Shown here: positions 12,017-21,210 of the stretch, piece after piece
Layout of the letters: every line of letters begins with the position of its first letter
How positions within the stretch are numbered: position 1 is the first letter of the stretch
Source of the DNA: an uncultured Planctomycetaceae bacterium
GTDB taxonomy: Bacteria > Planctomycetota > Planctomycetia > Planctomycetales > Planctomycetaceae
Assembly: GCA_963813715.1 (NCBI GenBank)
Contig: CAWFAK010000005.1
Location: forward strand, 960,001-1,024,000
DNA length: 64,000 nucleotides
Direction of reading: 5' to 3'
The notes under the pieces: model-generated
What the model saw: only the letters and a program-made list of their open reading frames with translations
Told to the model about the DNA's origin: nothing
The model's database searches: none
Position numbers and translations under genes: made by a program

Positions 12017-13507
12017 ATGCGTTCGTCGGGGCTGTTGCTGCACGTCAGCTCGCTTCCCTCGGAGTGGGGAATTGGCGATTTCGGGCCGCCCGCCACGGCC
12101 TGGATCGATCGGCTGGCCGACGCGGGACAGCGCTGGTGGCAGTTTCTGCCTTTAAGCCCGCCCGGCCGCGGAAACTCTCCGTACGAGCCCTTCTCGACAT
12201 TCGCTCTCAATGAGCTGTTTCTTAGCCCCGACTGGCTTGTGGAAGACGGATTGCTGCAAAAGTCCGAGCTGCCCGCAGCGCAGCCGTCGTCGAGCCGCGT
12301 CGATTATCCGGCCGTCATCACGCTGAAGCACGGACTGCTCGAACTGGCCCAGACGCATTTTCGCGGCGCAGCCCGGCCCGACTTGCGGCAAGCGTTTGAT
12401 CAGTTTTGCCAAGCCCAGGCCTCCTGGCTCGACGATTACGCTCTTTTCCGCGCCCTGCGGATCGCGCAGGGCGATCGGGAATTCCACGCGTGGCCCCCCG
12501 CGCTCCTGCATCACGACCCGGCCGCGTTGGCGGAGGCGCGGGGCCAACTCTCCGACCTCTTCGATCGGTTTCGGCTTGGACAGTTCTTGGCCCACCGCCA
12601 GCTGCTGCGTCTCCGTGAGCACGCCCGTTCGCGCGGAGTCGGACTGATCGGCGACGTGCCGTTCTTTGTCTCGCCCGACTCGTCGGATGTTTGGGCGCAT
12701 CCCGAATTGTTTCTGCTCGATGCGGATCGGCGGCCTCAATTTGTCGCGGGAGTGCCGCCCGATTACTTCAGCGCGGACGGACAGCTCTGGGGCGAACCCC
12801 TGTATGACTGGGATGCCTTGCGTCGCACCGGCTACCAGTGGTGGCTGGCGCGGATCGGCACTGTCCTGTCGCTCGTCGATCTCGTCCGGCTCGACCACTT
12901 TCGCGCGTTCGCGGCCGCGTGGCACATTCCGGCCGGCGCCACGACGGCCGTCCACGGCGAGTGGCGCCCCGGGCCGGAGGCCGATTTTCTGGCGGCCGCT
13001 CAAGCCCGGCTCGGCTCGCTGCCGTTGATTGCCGAGGATCTCGGCCTGATCACGCCGGACGTGATCGCGCTCCGCGATCAGTTCTCGCTGCCGGGGATGC
13101 GCGTCCTGCAGTTCGCACTCGACGGCGATCCGCAAAATCCGTTTCTGCCCGAGCATTATCCGCCCAACGTCGTCGCCTATACGGCCACGCACGACAACCA
13201 GACCACGCGCGCCTGGTACGAATCGCTCGGCGAGGAGGCGCGACGGCGGATCTGGACCTGCATCGGCCACCCGATCGAACCCGCGGACGCTGCCTGGGAG
13301 CTGATCCGCCTGATTTGGGAGTCCAAGGCGTCCCTGGCGATCACTCCCCTGCAGGATTTGCTCAACCTCGGTGCCGACGCGCGGATGAACTGGCCCGGCC
13401 GACCGCTCGACAACTGGAACTGGCGGGCGACGCCCGAACACCTGGACTCGCCGGCGTTCGAGCGGCTGCGCGCCCTCACGCGGCAGACGGGCCGAATCAT
13501 GCCGTGA
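12017..13507 (+). CDS. malQ: 4-alpha-glucanotransferase (GH77)
   Basis: Motifs RSSGLLLHVSSLP, GIGDFG, WQFLPL, GVPPDYFSADGQLWG, RLDHFR, IAEDLG, THDN and RMNWPG. Confidence 0.95.
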   Translation: MRSSGLLLHVSSLPSEWGIGDFGPPATAWIDRLADAGQRWWQFLPLSPPGRGNSPYEPFSTFALNELFLSPDWLVEDGLLQKSELPAAQPSSSRVDYPAVITLKHGLLELAQTHFRGAARPDLRQAFDQFCQAQASWLDDYALFRALRIAQGDREFHAWPPALLHHDPAALAEARGQLSDLFDRFRLGQFLAHRQLLRLREHARSRGVGLIGDVPFFVSPDSSDVWAHPELFLLDADRRPQFVAGVPPDYFSADGQLWGEPLYDWDALRRTGYQWWLARIGTVLSLVDLVRLDHFRAFAAAWHIPAGATTAVHGEWRPGPEADFLAAAQARLGSLPLIAEDLGLITPDVIALRDQFSLPGMRVLQFALDGDPQNPFLPEHYPPNVVAYTATHDNQTTRAWYESLGEEARRRIWTCIGHPIEPADAAWELIRLIWESKASLAITPLQDLLNLGADARMNWPGRPLDNWNWRATPEHLDSPAFERLRALTRQTGRIMP

Positions 13508-13668
13508 CGAGTTTCGCCTCGAAAAAACTTTCCCGGTTGTGAAACATCGCACATACACTTGGCGCGGATCCGCTCACAATCTGGCTTCTTGAGCGTCTGC
13601 GATATTATCGGCGACCGGCATAGGGGGGATCTTTCGGCTCTGCCGCGAGGTCGGCCGGTGGCTGTATC

Positions 13669-13715
13669 AACCGGCCGGCCTGTGGCATTCCCACGGGCCG
13701 GCCGGTTCCCTTTTG
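13669..13715. terminator. Strong hairpin / probable intrinsic terminator between convergent malQ and S41 genes
   Basis: AACCGGCCGGCCTGTGG-cattc-CCACGGGCCGGCCGGTT (17-bp stem, one G-U) followed by CCCTTTTG. Confidence 0.6.
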
Positions 13716-13722
13716 CGCCAAG

Positions 13723-14983
13723 CTAGGGCGTTTCTTCAAGCACCCACTGCAGAACGGGATCGCGGCCCGCTTTGAAGTCTGCCCAAGTTGTCTCGATTTC
13801 CCGGTCCGGTCGGATCATGTTCTCGCCCGTCTCGACGAACTTATAGAAGCGAACCGAATAGCACAGCGTGAGATGGGAATTCGGCAGAGTGGTCGTCTTC
13901 ACTTCCTGATAGCTGTTTGGCTTCTCGCCGATCGGCAGGCCGACCAGCGTGGCCGCCGTCTTCTGGCGGAAATGGGCCGCGTTGGACATCGCTGCCGAAA
14001 AAGTGAAGGGACCGATCAGCACGAACAGATGACCTTTCCGGTTGATCTCCGTAAGATTTCGGATGCGGGTCACCATGCAGGCCAGGCCGACAAAGTAGTC
14101 ACCGCCGCCGTTTTGGCGTAGATCGATGACGAGCTTGTTGCGGCCGCTGTTTCTCAACGAGGTCAAACAGCCCGCGCGACTTTTGACGCAGGTCTTCGTA
14201 CGAGCGCCAATTGCAATAGACGGTGCGAGCTTCGGGCATCCACGTGTACCAAAACGTCTCGCCTCGATGCTCGCGAAATAACGGCGGTTTGGCGTAAGCC
14301 CACCGCGGGGCGGCGATCGGGCCCGAGCGCAACTCCAGGGAGGATTCCGTCCCCCGTTCGTCGACCAGTTTCAATTGGGCAGCGCCGGACGCGGGCGTGA
14401 TGTCCAAGCCGTGCAACAGCATTCCAGTCGGCATCCAAGCGGAGACCAGCGCCTCCCGATATTGGGGAGTCTCGTCCTGCGGCGTCACGGCAAAAATCAA
14501 GTCGTGGACTCGATCGATGGGCGTGCCGTTGATGGCGATCACGCGGCCGCCAACCGCCTTCGCAAACTCCGGCGCGGCACACACGACCCGGTACTCGCGG
14601 CCGAACCGCGAGACGCCCAAAGGAAAATCATCGCAGTCGGCAGGAAACCGGAGATAAGTGTGCCCGTCGCCGATCGAATTCACGATCCGCATCATGCCGA
14701 CATAGACGTGCGCCGCGTCGAACTGCGGCAACTTGCGATCGAGCTCGGCCACGGAAGCTGCGAACCGTTCCCGAGACGTGAAATGAAAAGCATTCGAGTG
14801 GCGTTTCGGTAGCTCAAGGGCAATGAACTGCAGGTCCTCCCGCCACTGCGCGGTGGAAAGCTGCAGCTTCTCCGGTTGGGCGGCCCGGGCGACAGAGGTA
14901 ACCAGGATCAGAGCGCACGCGGTGCAGAAAGGCCGCCCGCCGGTCAATCGTTTCGACGTGGAGCGCGCTCCTGGTTCGTGCAT
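13723..14983 (-). CDS. S41 family peptidase; frameshift ~14160
   Basis: Signal peptide, WREDL and GDGHT motifs, a PDZ-like segment, then VIDLRQNGGG and TFSAA (catalytic Ser region) in ORF 13723-14166. Confidence 0.85.
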
Positions 14984-15281
14984 CAAACCACCTCGGCAAA
15001 CCGTTCTCAGTACAAACAAACACTGCTTGAGGGTCTTCGCTGTCGCCGCGGATTTCCTTGGGAATTCGGCGTAGGAAAAGAGGATTCTGCGACTGACGAG
15101 GGGCATCTGATACGGACACCTGCGGATTTCGCCAAAACTGTCCAACGCCAATCGAGACTGCTAGAATTCCCCGTTCTGCCGCTGCCTTCGCGGGCCGAGT
15201 GCCGGGCATCCCGAGCGCGCAAGCTGGGATCTGTTCGGCCCGCCTCGCACGCTAACCGTACCCGGAATTCCGAAGCATCGC

Positions 15282-16514
15282 ATGTCGTTTAGCGATCTGC
15301 CCCTCTCTTACTGCACCAACGTGCACCCAGGCCGCACGCTTGAGGAAATCGAAAAGGGGCTCGACCAGTACACCGTGCCCGTCGCTCACCAGTTGGGCAC
15401 GCCGCTGGCCGCGGGGTTGTGGCTTGCGGCACCCGTTATCCGCGAGCTGTCCGCCGCCCCCGATGCGGGTCGGCGGTTCGTGGACGGCTTGCGAAGTCGC
15501 GGACTGACGTGCCACACTCTGAACGCGTTTCCGTTCGGCGACTTTCACAGTCCGCGCGTGAAAGAGAACGTCTACGTGCCGAGCTGGGCTGAGCGCACCA
15601 GGCTCGAGTACACGTTGGGGGCGGCCCGCACGCTTGCCCAATTGCTCCCTGCGGACACCGAGGGCAGTATTTCGACCGTGCCATTGGGCTACCCGGGCCT
15701 GGATGCGTCGTCGGAGTTTCTGCCGCGCTGCATCGACCATTTGATTGCCGCGGCTGACGAATTGCAGCGAATTCAAGCCGACCGTGGCTGCACGATTCGC
15801 ATCGGACTCGAGCCGGAGCCGTGCTGCTGGCTCGACACGACGCCCAGCGCGATCGAGTTTTTCACGGGGCGGCTCTGGCCCGCCGCCCGCGAGCGTGGTT
15901 GCCTGGACGCCGTGCGCATGCACATCGGGTTGTGCTTCGACGTGTGTCATCAGGCGGTCGCGTTCGAGGACGTCGGCCGCTCGATCACCGCGCTCGATGA
16001 AGCGGGGATTCGGCTCAACAAGATCCACATTACCTGCGCGATTGAACTCCGCGATCCGGCGACCGACCGTGCGGCTCGGGAGGCGCTCGCCCGCTATGCC
16101 GAGCCCCGCTACCTTCACCAGACCAAGGCTCGCACGCCCGAGGGCCGCGTGTTGACGCAGTTCGATCTCGAAGCGGGCTTCGCCCTCGAGCCGCCGGCCG
16201 AGTTTCTGCAGGCGCCGCTTTGGCGGACGCACTTCCACGTGCCGGTCGACGCGGAACGCCTCGGCCCTCTCTGGACGACGCGGGCCGAGCTGCGGGCGGC
16301 CCTCGCCGCCGTCCGTGGCCTGTCCTACGCGCCGCATCTCGAGGTCGAGACGTACACCTGGGACGTTATGCCCGGTGCTGCCCCGCAGCGGCTCGTCGAC
16401 GGACTGAGAAGCGAATTGGCCGCGACGCAGAATCCTACTGGCCGAACTCTCGCGCTAAGGGCGGGGCGGTGCCGCGTGACCGGCCGCCACCGCCAGCCCT
16501 GGCACCGGCCGTAA
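15282..16514 (+). CDS. eboE: EboE metabolite traffic protein (xylose-isomerase-like TIM barrel); 3' end possibly frameshifted
   Basis: Motifs SYCTNVHPG, TLNAFPFGDFH, VKENVY, EPEP, CFDVCHQAV, RYLHQ, WRTHFHVP and HLEVETYTW. Confidence 0.85.
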   Translation: MSFSDLPLSYCTNVHPGRTLEEIEKGLDQYTVPVAHQLGTPLAAGLWLAAPVIRELSAAPDAGRRFVDGLRSRGLTCHTLNAFPFGDFHSPRVKENVYVPSWAERTRLEYTLGAARTLAQLLPADTEGSISTVPLGYPGLDASSEFLPRCIDHLIAAADELQRIQADRGCTIRIGLEPEPCCWLDTTPSAIEFFTGRLWPAARERGCLDAVRMHIGLCFDVCHQAVAFEDVGRSITALDEAGIRLNKIHITCAIELRDPATDRAAREALARYAEPRYLHQTKARTPEGRVLTQFDLEAGFALEPPAEFLQAPLWRTHFHVPVDAERLGPLWTTRAELRAALAAVRGLSYAPHLEVETYTWDVMPGAAPQRLVDGLRSELAATQNPTGRTLALRAGRCRVTGRHRQPWHRP

Positions 16515-16696
16515 GCTCCAACTCTTTTTGGGTTTAGGAAGCCGCGCGGGAGCCTCGGTGCTTAAAAGCTCCCGCCCAACGCGGCCCCGAAGAAGCTATC
16601 GGAGACGCGCCGTCGTGGTGGTGAGCCGGTCGGTCGCGCACTGCAATCGATCAGCGCCGGGTTAAGCCCGTCTTCTCAGTATTTCGGAATTCTGCT

Positions 16697-19675
16697 ATGC
16701 CACCGGCCCCTTCTGGCTCGACACCCCCCGTCACGACGGGATTCCGTCGACGCGGGACCGTCCCCGTCGAACGGTTTCTGAGATTTCCAGTTTCGGATCA
16801 TTCGGTTCGGATCAATCCAGTTCGGATTAAAGCTGTGAAAACACGTCCCCCCGCGGCCAACAACGTGTCCCGAGATGCTTCCGTTCCGGATTCGGCGCAC
16901 TCCGCAGACGAAGCTGCCGAGGGGGACGCCGCGGCCGGGGACGAGCGCGGCCCCGGTCTGTGGCACCACATGCGACGTCACTTGAGCCGGGACGGCGCGC
17001 AGCGAGTGGCCGGACATGCCGCCCGTTTGAGCCGTCATGGCTGGCGGCGGGTCTCGACAGCGGTCGCTACAGCAAATTCCGGTGGCCGCATCTCGCGGCC
17101 GGTCGGTGCCGTTTGGCAACGCGTCGCAAGAAGGCCGCCCGGCTCGAACGGTCCAACGGGCGAAAACCCGCACGCACACCGCAATCGCAGGCTGGCCTTT
17201 GATTTTGCGGTTTTGGCGGCGGCCGCCGCGCTCCTCTTGATGTTACATCATACGTTCCGTCCGCACGGTCGGCCTCGTCTGGCGACCGCCTTCGCTGCGA
17301 CGTCCGACCCGTCGGTCGATGCGGCATCGGCGCAAGCGCCTGCGGACGCGCCACCTCACCAGCATCGCCGACGCACACACCGGCCCGCGACTCCTCCTGT
17401 TGTGGCGGACGCACGCGCAATCGACACTCACGCCGGCGATCCGGTCGCGCTGGGTGACCCACATCATGACGCCGACACGCACAAGGCGATCGACGGCGGC
17501 GCAGATTTCGGCGATCACCCGGATGCCGGGCATCGCACCGATCATCCCATCGTTCCGCCCGTTGAAGTGTCCGGGAAGTCTCCCGCGCACGACACGATCG
17601 TTCACGAAACAGTGATCCACGAGACCGTGGTGCACGATGCCCCGCGGCAAAACATGGCACGGCACGACTTACCCGCGCACGACGGCCCCCCGCACGACTC
17701 CAAGGCGGCCGCGGATGCCGCGCTCGATAATCTGCTGTCGACACCCGTCGCTTCCGGTCCGTCGCACGGCAACGATGCCGCGGCGCCGATCGGGCAGAGC
17801 GAACCGCCCGTGTCGCACGACCTCGACAAGCGCGCTCACCCGCACCATGCCGACGATCCGCTCCTCGTCGATTCAAGGGAGCCCGGCGACCCGGCCGGCC
17901 ATGATCACGATCACCCCAAGAAAACGGTCGACGTCGGCGCGCCCTTGCCGGACGACTTCGCCGCGCCCATGCCGGCCAAGGCACCGGAAGAACACCATCA
18001 TGACCTGAAGGAACACGAACACGCCGGGCCGAAAGACCCGCCCAGGGACGAATTTGCCATGCCGGCCCCCGGCCCCGCGCCGGCGTCGGCCGCTCCGCTC
18101 GACGTGCCTCCGCCGAAAGAAAAAGACGACGTGCACCATCATTCGCATCACCCGGCCGACCACGGACCGGCTGATTCACCGTTTGGCGGCGAACCGAGTC
18201 CGACTCCGGGAAAGGATGCCGACGGGCTTCCGCCGAAACTCGACGCTCCGTCGCCCGACGCGAGCCATGGCCTGAAACCGGGCCCGGAGCACGCCGATCG
18301 CCCACACCACGACGATCCGCTGCTCGACGTCGGTCCCAAACTCGACGGTCCGCCCAAGGACGCGCCGCCGAAGGATGGCCCGGCTGGCCTGTCGCCCAAA
18401 TCGGCTGGCGACAAGATCGAGGTCAGCAAGCACGATCATCCGGACGACGGGCTCCCCGTTTTGAGCGTGCCGTCGCCGCACAAGCCTGAGGCCAAGCTGA
18501 ACGACGAACCTTCCAAGTCGGACGGACCGAAGATGGATGACCTGGGGCCGCCGACGCGGACCGCGAATGCGGTCGACGCCGTGCCTGGCGGCGGACTCGG
18601 GGACAATGGCGCGAAAAACCTGCCGCCGAAACCACCGGAGAGTCAAGCGCCTGCGGGTAACGACTCTTCACTCAACGATTTGCTCAACAGCAAAGTGCCG
18701 GCTCCGGGAAGCCCCAGCGCGGCCCCCGCCACCAAGCCGGCGCCGCCGACCGCGCCGGCCGCGGCTCCGAAAGAGGATCCGTTCCACACGGATTCCGCAC
18801 TTCCCGCTGACTCCGCGCCGCACGCCGTTGCGCCGCCAAAACAGGCGGAACCCGCGCCGGCCGAAAGCGTCGCTCCGACTGCAAAGCCGGCCGCCGAGCC
18901 AGCGCATCCCGTCGAAAGCGAGGATGCACTTCCGAGCGTGGCCGTGGCCCATCATCAGATCGAAAAGGACGAAACCGGCGCGTCGGTCCATTACAAGATC
19001 GTCGTTCGCAACAACGGCAAAAAGTCGGTGAAGTCCTTCGAGGTCGACGAGGCCGTGCCGGTCGATTACACGGTGCAAGTCACCGATCCGCCTGCCGAAA
19101 CGCGGTCTCAGGACCTGCATTGGACGCTGCACGACGTCGCACCAGGCGAGGAGCGGACGATTCTGATCACGCTCGCGCCTCCCGCGCGTCCGGTTGAAAC
19201 GCCGCTCGCCGCGCAGCCGGTTCCCATCGCGGCGGCCACGCGCGCGCCGGCGGCGAGCGACGCGCCCCAACTGAAACTCGAGCTGATCACCCCGGTGGAG
19301 GTGCACGTGGGCGAAACCTGCCGCATCGGTTTCCGGGCCACGAATCTGGGAGGCCAGACCACCGATCTCAAAGTGAACTTGGATCTTCCGCAGCAACTGC
19401 GCTACACGCGCGGCCAGCAGCTGCAGTACAAGATCATCGCGCTCGGCGATCACGAGGCTCGCGAGGATTATCTAACGGCAACTGCCACTGGAACGGGCCA
19501 GGTTGAGCTGCGGGCCGAGCTGCTGCACGCGGGGCACTCGATCGCCACGGCGAAGGGAACCTGTCACGTGGCCCCGGCCGGCGCGGCCAAAGGCGGCATC
19601 CAACAAACTGGCGCCTGGGTGCCGAGCGGGCCGACCCGGACGGCGAACGGATCCGACTGTCTGTGCTTGCCGTAA
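16697..19675 (+). CDS. Membrane-anchored His/Pro/Asp-rich protein with C-terminal DUF11-like domains
   Basis: TM segment LAFDFAVLAAAAALLLML, a long low-complexity region, then YKIVVRNNG...VDEAVP...WTLHDVAPGEERTI. Start codon uncertain. Confidence 0.75.
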   Translation: MPPAPSGSTPPVTTGFRRRGTVPVERFLRFPVSDHSVRINPVRIKAVKTRPPAANNVSRDASVPDSAHSADEAAEGDAAAGDERGPGLWHHMRRHLSRDGAQRVAGHAARLSRHGWRRVSTAVATANSGGRISRPVGAVWQRVARRPPGSNGPTGENPHAHRNRRLAFDFAVLAAAAALLLMLHHTFRPHGRPRLATAFAATSDPSVDAASAQAPADAPPHQHRRRTHRPATPPVVADARAIDTHAGDPVALGDPHHDADTHKAIDGGADFGDHPDAGHRTDHPIVPPVEVSGKSPAHDTIVHETVIHETVVHDAPRQNMARHDLPAHDGPPHDSKAAADAALDNLLSTPVASGPSHGNDAAAPIGQSEPPVSHDLDKRAHPHHADDPLLVDSREPGDPAGHDHDHPKKTVDVGAPLPDDFAAPMPAKAPEEHHHDLKEHEHAGPKDPPRDEFAMPAPGPAPASAAPLDVPPPKEKDDVHHHSHHPADHGPADSPFGGEPSPTPGKDADGLPPKLDAPSPDASHGLKPGPEHADRPHHDDPLLDVGPKLDGPPKDAPPKDGPAGLSPKSAGDKIEVSKHDHPDDGLPVLSVPSPHKPEAKLNDEPSKSDGPKMDDLGPPTRTANAVDAVPGGGLGDNGAKNLPPKPPESQAPAGNDSSLNDLLNSKVPAPGSPSAAPATKPAPPTAPAAAPKEDPFHTDSALPADSAPHAVAPPKQAEPAPAESVAPTAKPAAEPAHPVESEDALPSVAVAHHQIEKDETGASVHYKIVVRNNGKKSVKSFEVDEAVPVDYTVQVTDPPAETRSQDLHWTLHDVAPGEERTILITLAPPARPVETPLAAQPVPIAAATRAPAASDAPQLKLELITPVEVHVGETCRIGFRATNLGGQTTDLKVNLDLPQQLRYTRGQQLQYKIIALGDHEAREDYLTATATGTGQVELRAELLHAGHSIATAKGTCHVAPAGAAKGGIQQTGAWVPSGPTRTANGSDCLCLP

Positions 19676-19687
19676 GCGGACGTTGGC

Positions 19688-20875
19688 TTAACTTCCGGGA
19701 TCCCAGATCGTCGCGTCGATCGTCCGTTCGACGTGCGCAGGGTCGTGGAAGTAATAGATCGTGACGACTTTGCCGTCCGGCCGCTGCACGCTGCGGGGAT
19801 AGCCGAGATCCCGGCTGGCGCCGTCGCCGCGAAGCACGAACTGCCGACTCCATGAACGTCCGCCGTCGCTGCTCAAGCGGGCCTCCATCCGAAACGGCGG
19901 CTTGCGTACGCCGTAAGCCAGACATACCCGACCGTCTCGCAGACGAACGAGCGCGGGCGGATTCCCTTCGCCCAGATCAGGAGCCGCTCGATTGAGGAAC
20001 TGCCAGTGCACGCCGTCATCGGGTGAGCGCCAGGCGTCGATCCAGGCGTCGTGTTCCTGCGGGCCCTCTTCGCGGCGACGAATGGTGGTCAAAAGCTCGG
20101 TCGGCGAGAGGCGCACGGTCGAGGGCATGATGGCGTAACCGGTTGGCTCCGGCCCAATCTTCGAGACGAACTGCCATGTACGGGCGCCATCCGTCGTGCG
20201 AATGCAGATCGGTCGTCCCTCTTTGCCGTTTTGCTTGGAGGCGGTGACGAACATCAGGCAGTCGTGCGGCCCGTTTACGATGTAATCGGTACGGGCGGCG
20301 ATGCCTGTTTGGCCGCAGAGGGGCAGACGGAACGGTCCCTGCCAGGTGTGGGCCCGATCGACCGAGTAATAGAAACGGGATTGGCCGCCGTCGATGTTCG
20401 CCATCCGCGCGGTCAGGGCGAAGTTGGGATTCGTAAAATCGATGCCCCCGGGGCAGTCGATCGGCTCGCGCTCGTGCACGTCGTCGGGGAGCGTGCCGTG
20501 CCGCATTCCCTTGGTGCCGATGAGCACCCCCTGGCGCTCGGGATCCTCGAGCGACCAGGTGTGCCCCCCGTCGAGGCTGCGGGCCAGGATGTGCCGCTCA
20601 GGTTTGTTGTGGTCGATCGCATGGAAGCCCACGCCCCGATCCTGGTAATAGCCCACGCTGAAGCCGACGACGATCTCATTCCCCCAGGCCCAGATGCCAT
20701 GATTGGCGGGCCATCCGCCGAAGCGGCCGGGCTGAAAGTAGACAGTTGGCTGCTCAACGATCGCCGGCTGACCGGCATGGGCGGTTCCAATCGAGCAGAA
20801 AGTGTCCAATGCTAAGAAAGCAGCACAAAGAAACGCGAAGATTAGCGACACCCAGCTGGACCGAACGGTGTTCAT
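19688..20875 (-). CDS. Secreted BNR/Asp-box repeat protein (sialidase-like beta-propeller)
   Basis: Signal peptide. Five Asp-boxes (SLDGGHTW, SVDRAHTW, TTDGARTW, SPDDGVHW, SSDGGRSW) and DLGYP. Confidence 0.85.
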   Translation of the reverse strand: MNTVRSSWVSLIFAFLCAAFLALDTFCSIGTAHAGQPAIVEQPTVYFQPGRFGGWPANHGIWAWGNEIVVGFSVGYYQDRGVGFHAIDHNKPERHILARSLDGGHTWSLEDPERQGVLIGTKGMRHGTLPDDVHEREPIDCPGGIDFTNPNFALTARMANIDGGQSRFYYSVDRAHTWQGPFRLPLCGQTGIAARTDYIVNGPHDCLMFVTASKQNGKEGRPICIRTTDGARTWQFVSKIGPEPTGYAIMPSTVRLSPTELLTTIRRREEGPQEHDAWIDAWRSPDDGVHWQFLNRAAPDLGEGNPPALVRLRDGRVCLAYGVRKPPFRMEARLSSDGGRSWSRQFVLRGDGASRDLGYPRSVQRPDGKVVTIYYFHDPAHVERTIDATIWDPGS

Positions 20876-21210
20876 TTATGGAATCTCGCCTGCAAATTGA
20901 GCAGCGCCCGCAAATTCTATTTAGACGACGTAAGTCCTGAAAATCCACCCCGTTTGGTGGTTAGTTGCTTTCTAAAATCCGCATAAATCCCCTAATTTGA
21001 GGCTTCCAATCGCCTGAACGATCGGCCATGCTGGATCTGTCGTCGCGCCCTCTGCGGGCCCTCAAAGGATGCGCACCTCCCCGCTGGATCTGACTTCACG
21101 CGAGCTGGAAATCCCGTTTGAAACTGAGTGCATCTGCACCGACTTTTCGCACCCCCATGCGAAGGGTCTTGTGGCCGCAAAACGCTAAGACTGCGCCGGA
21201 GTGATCGACA

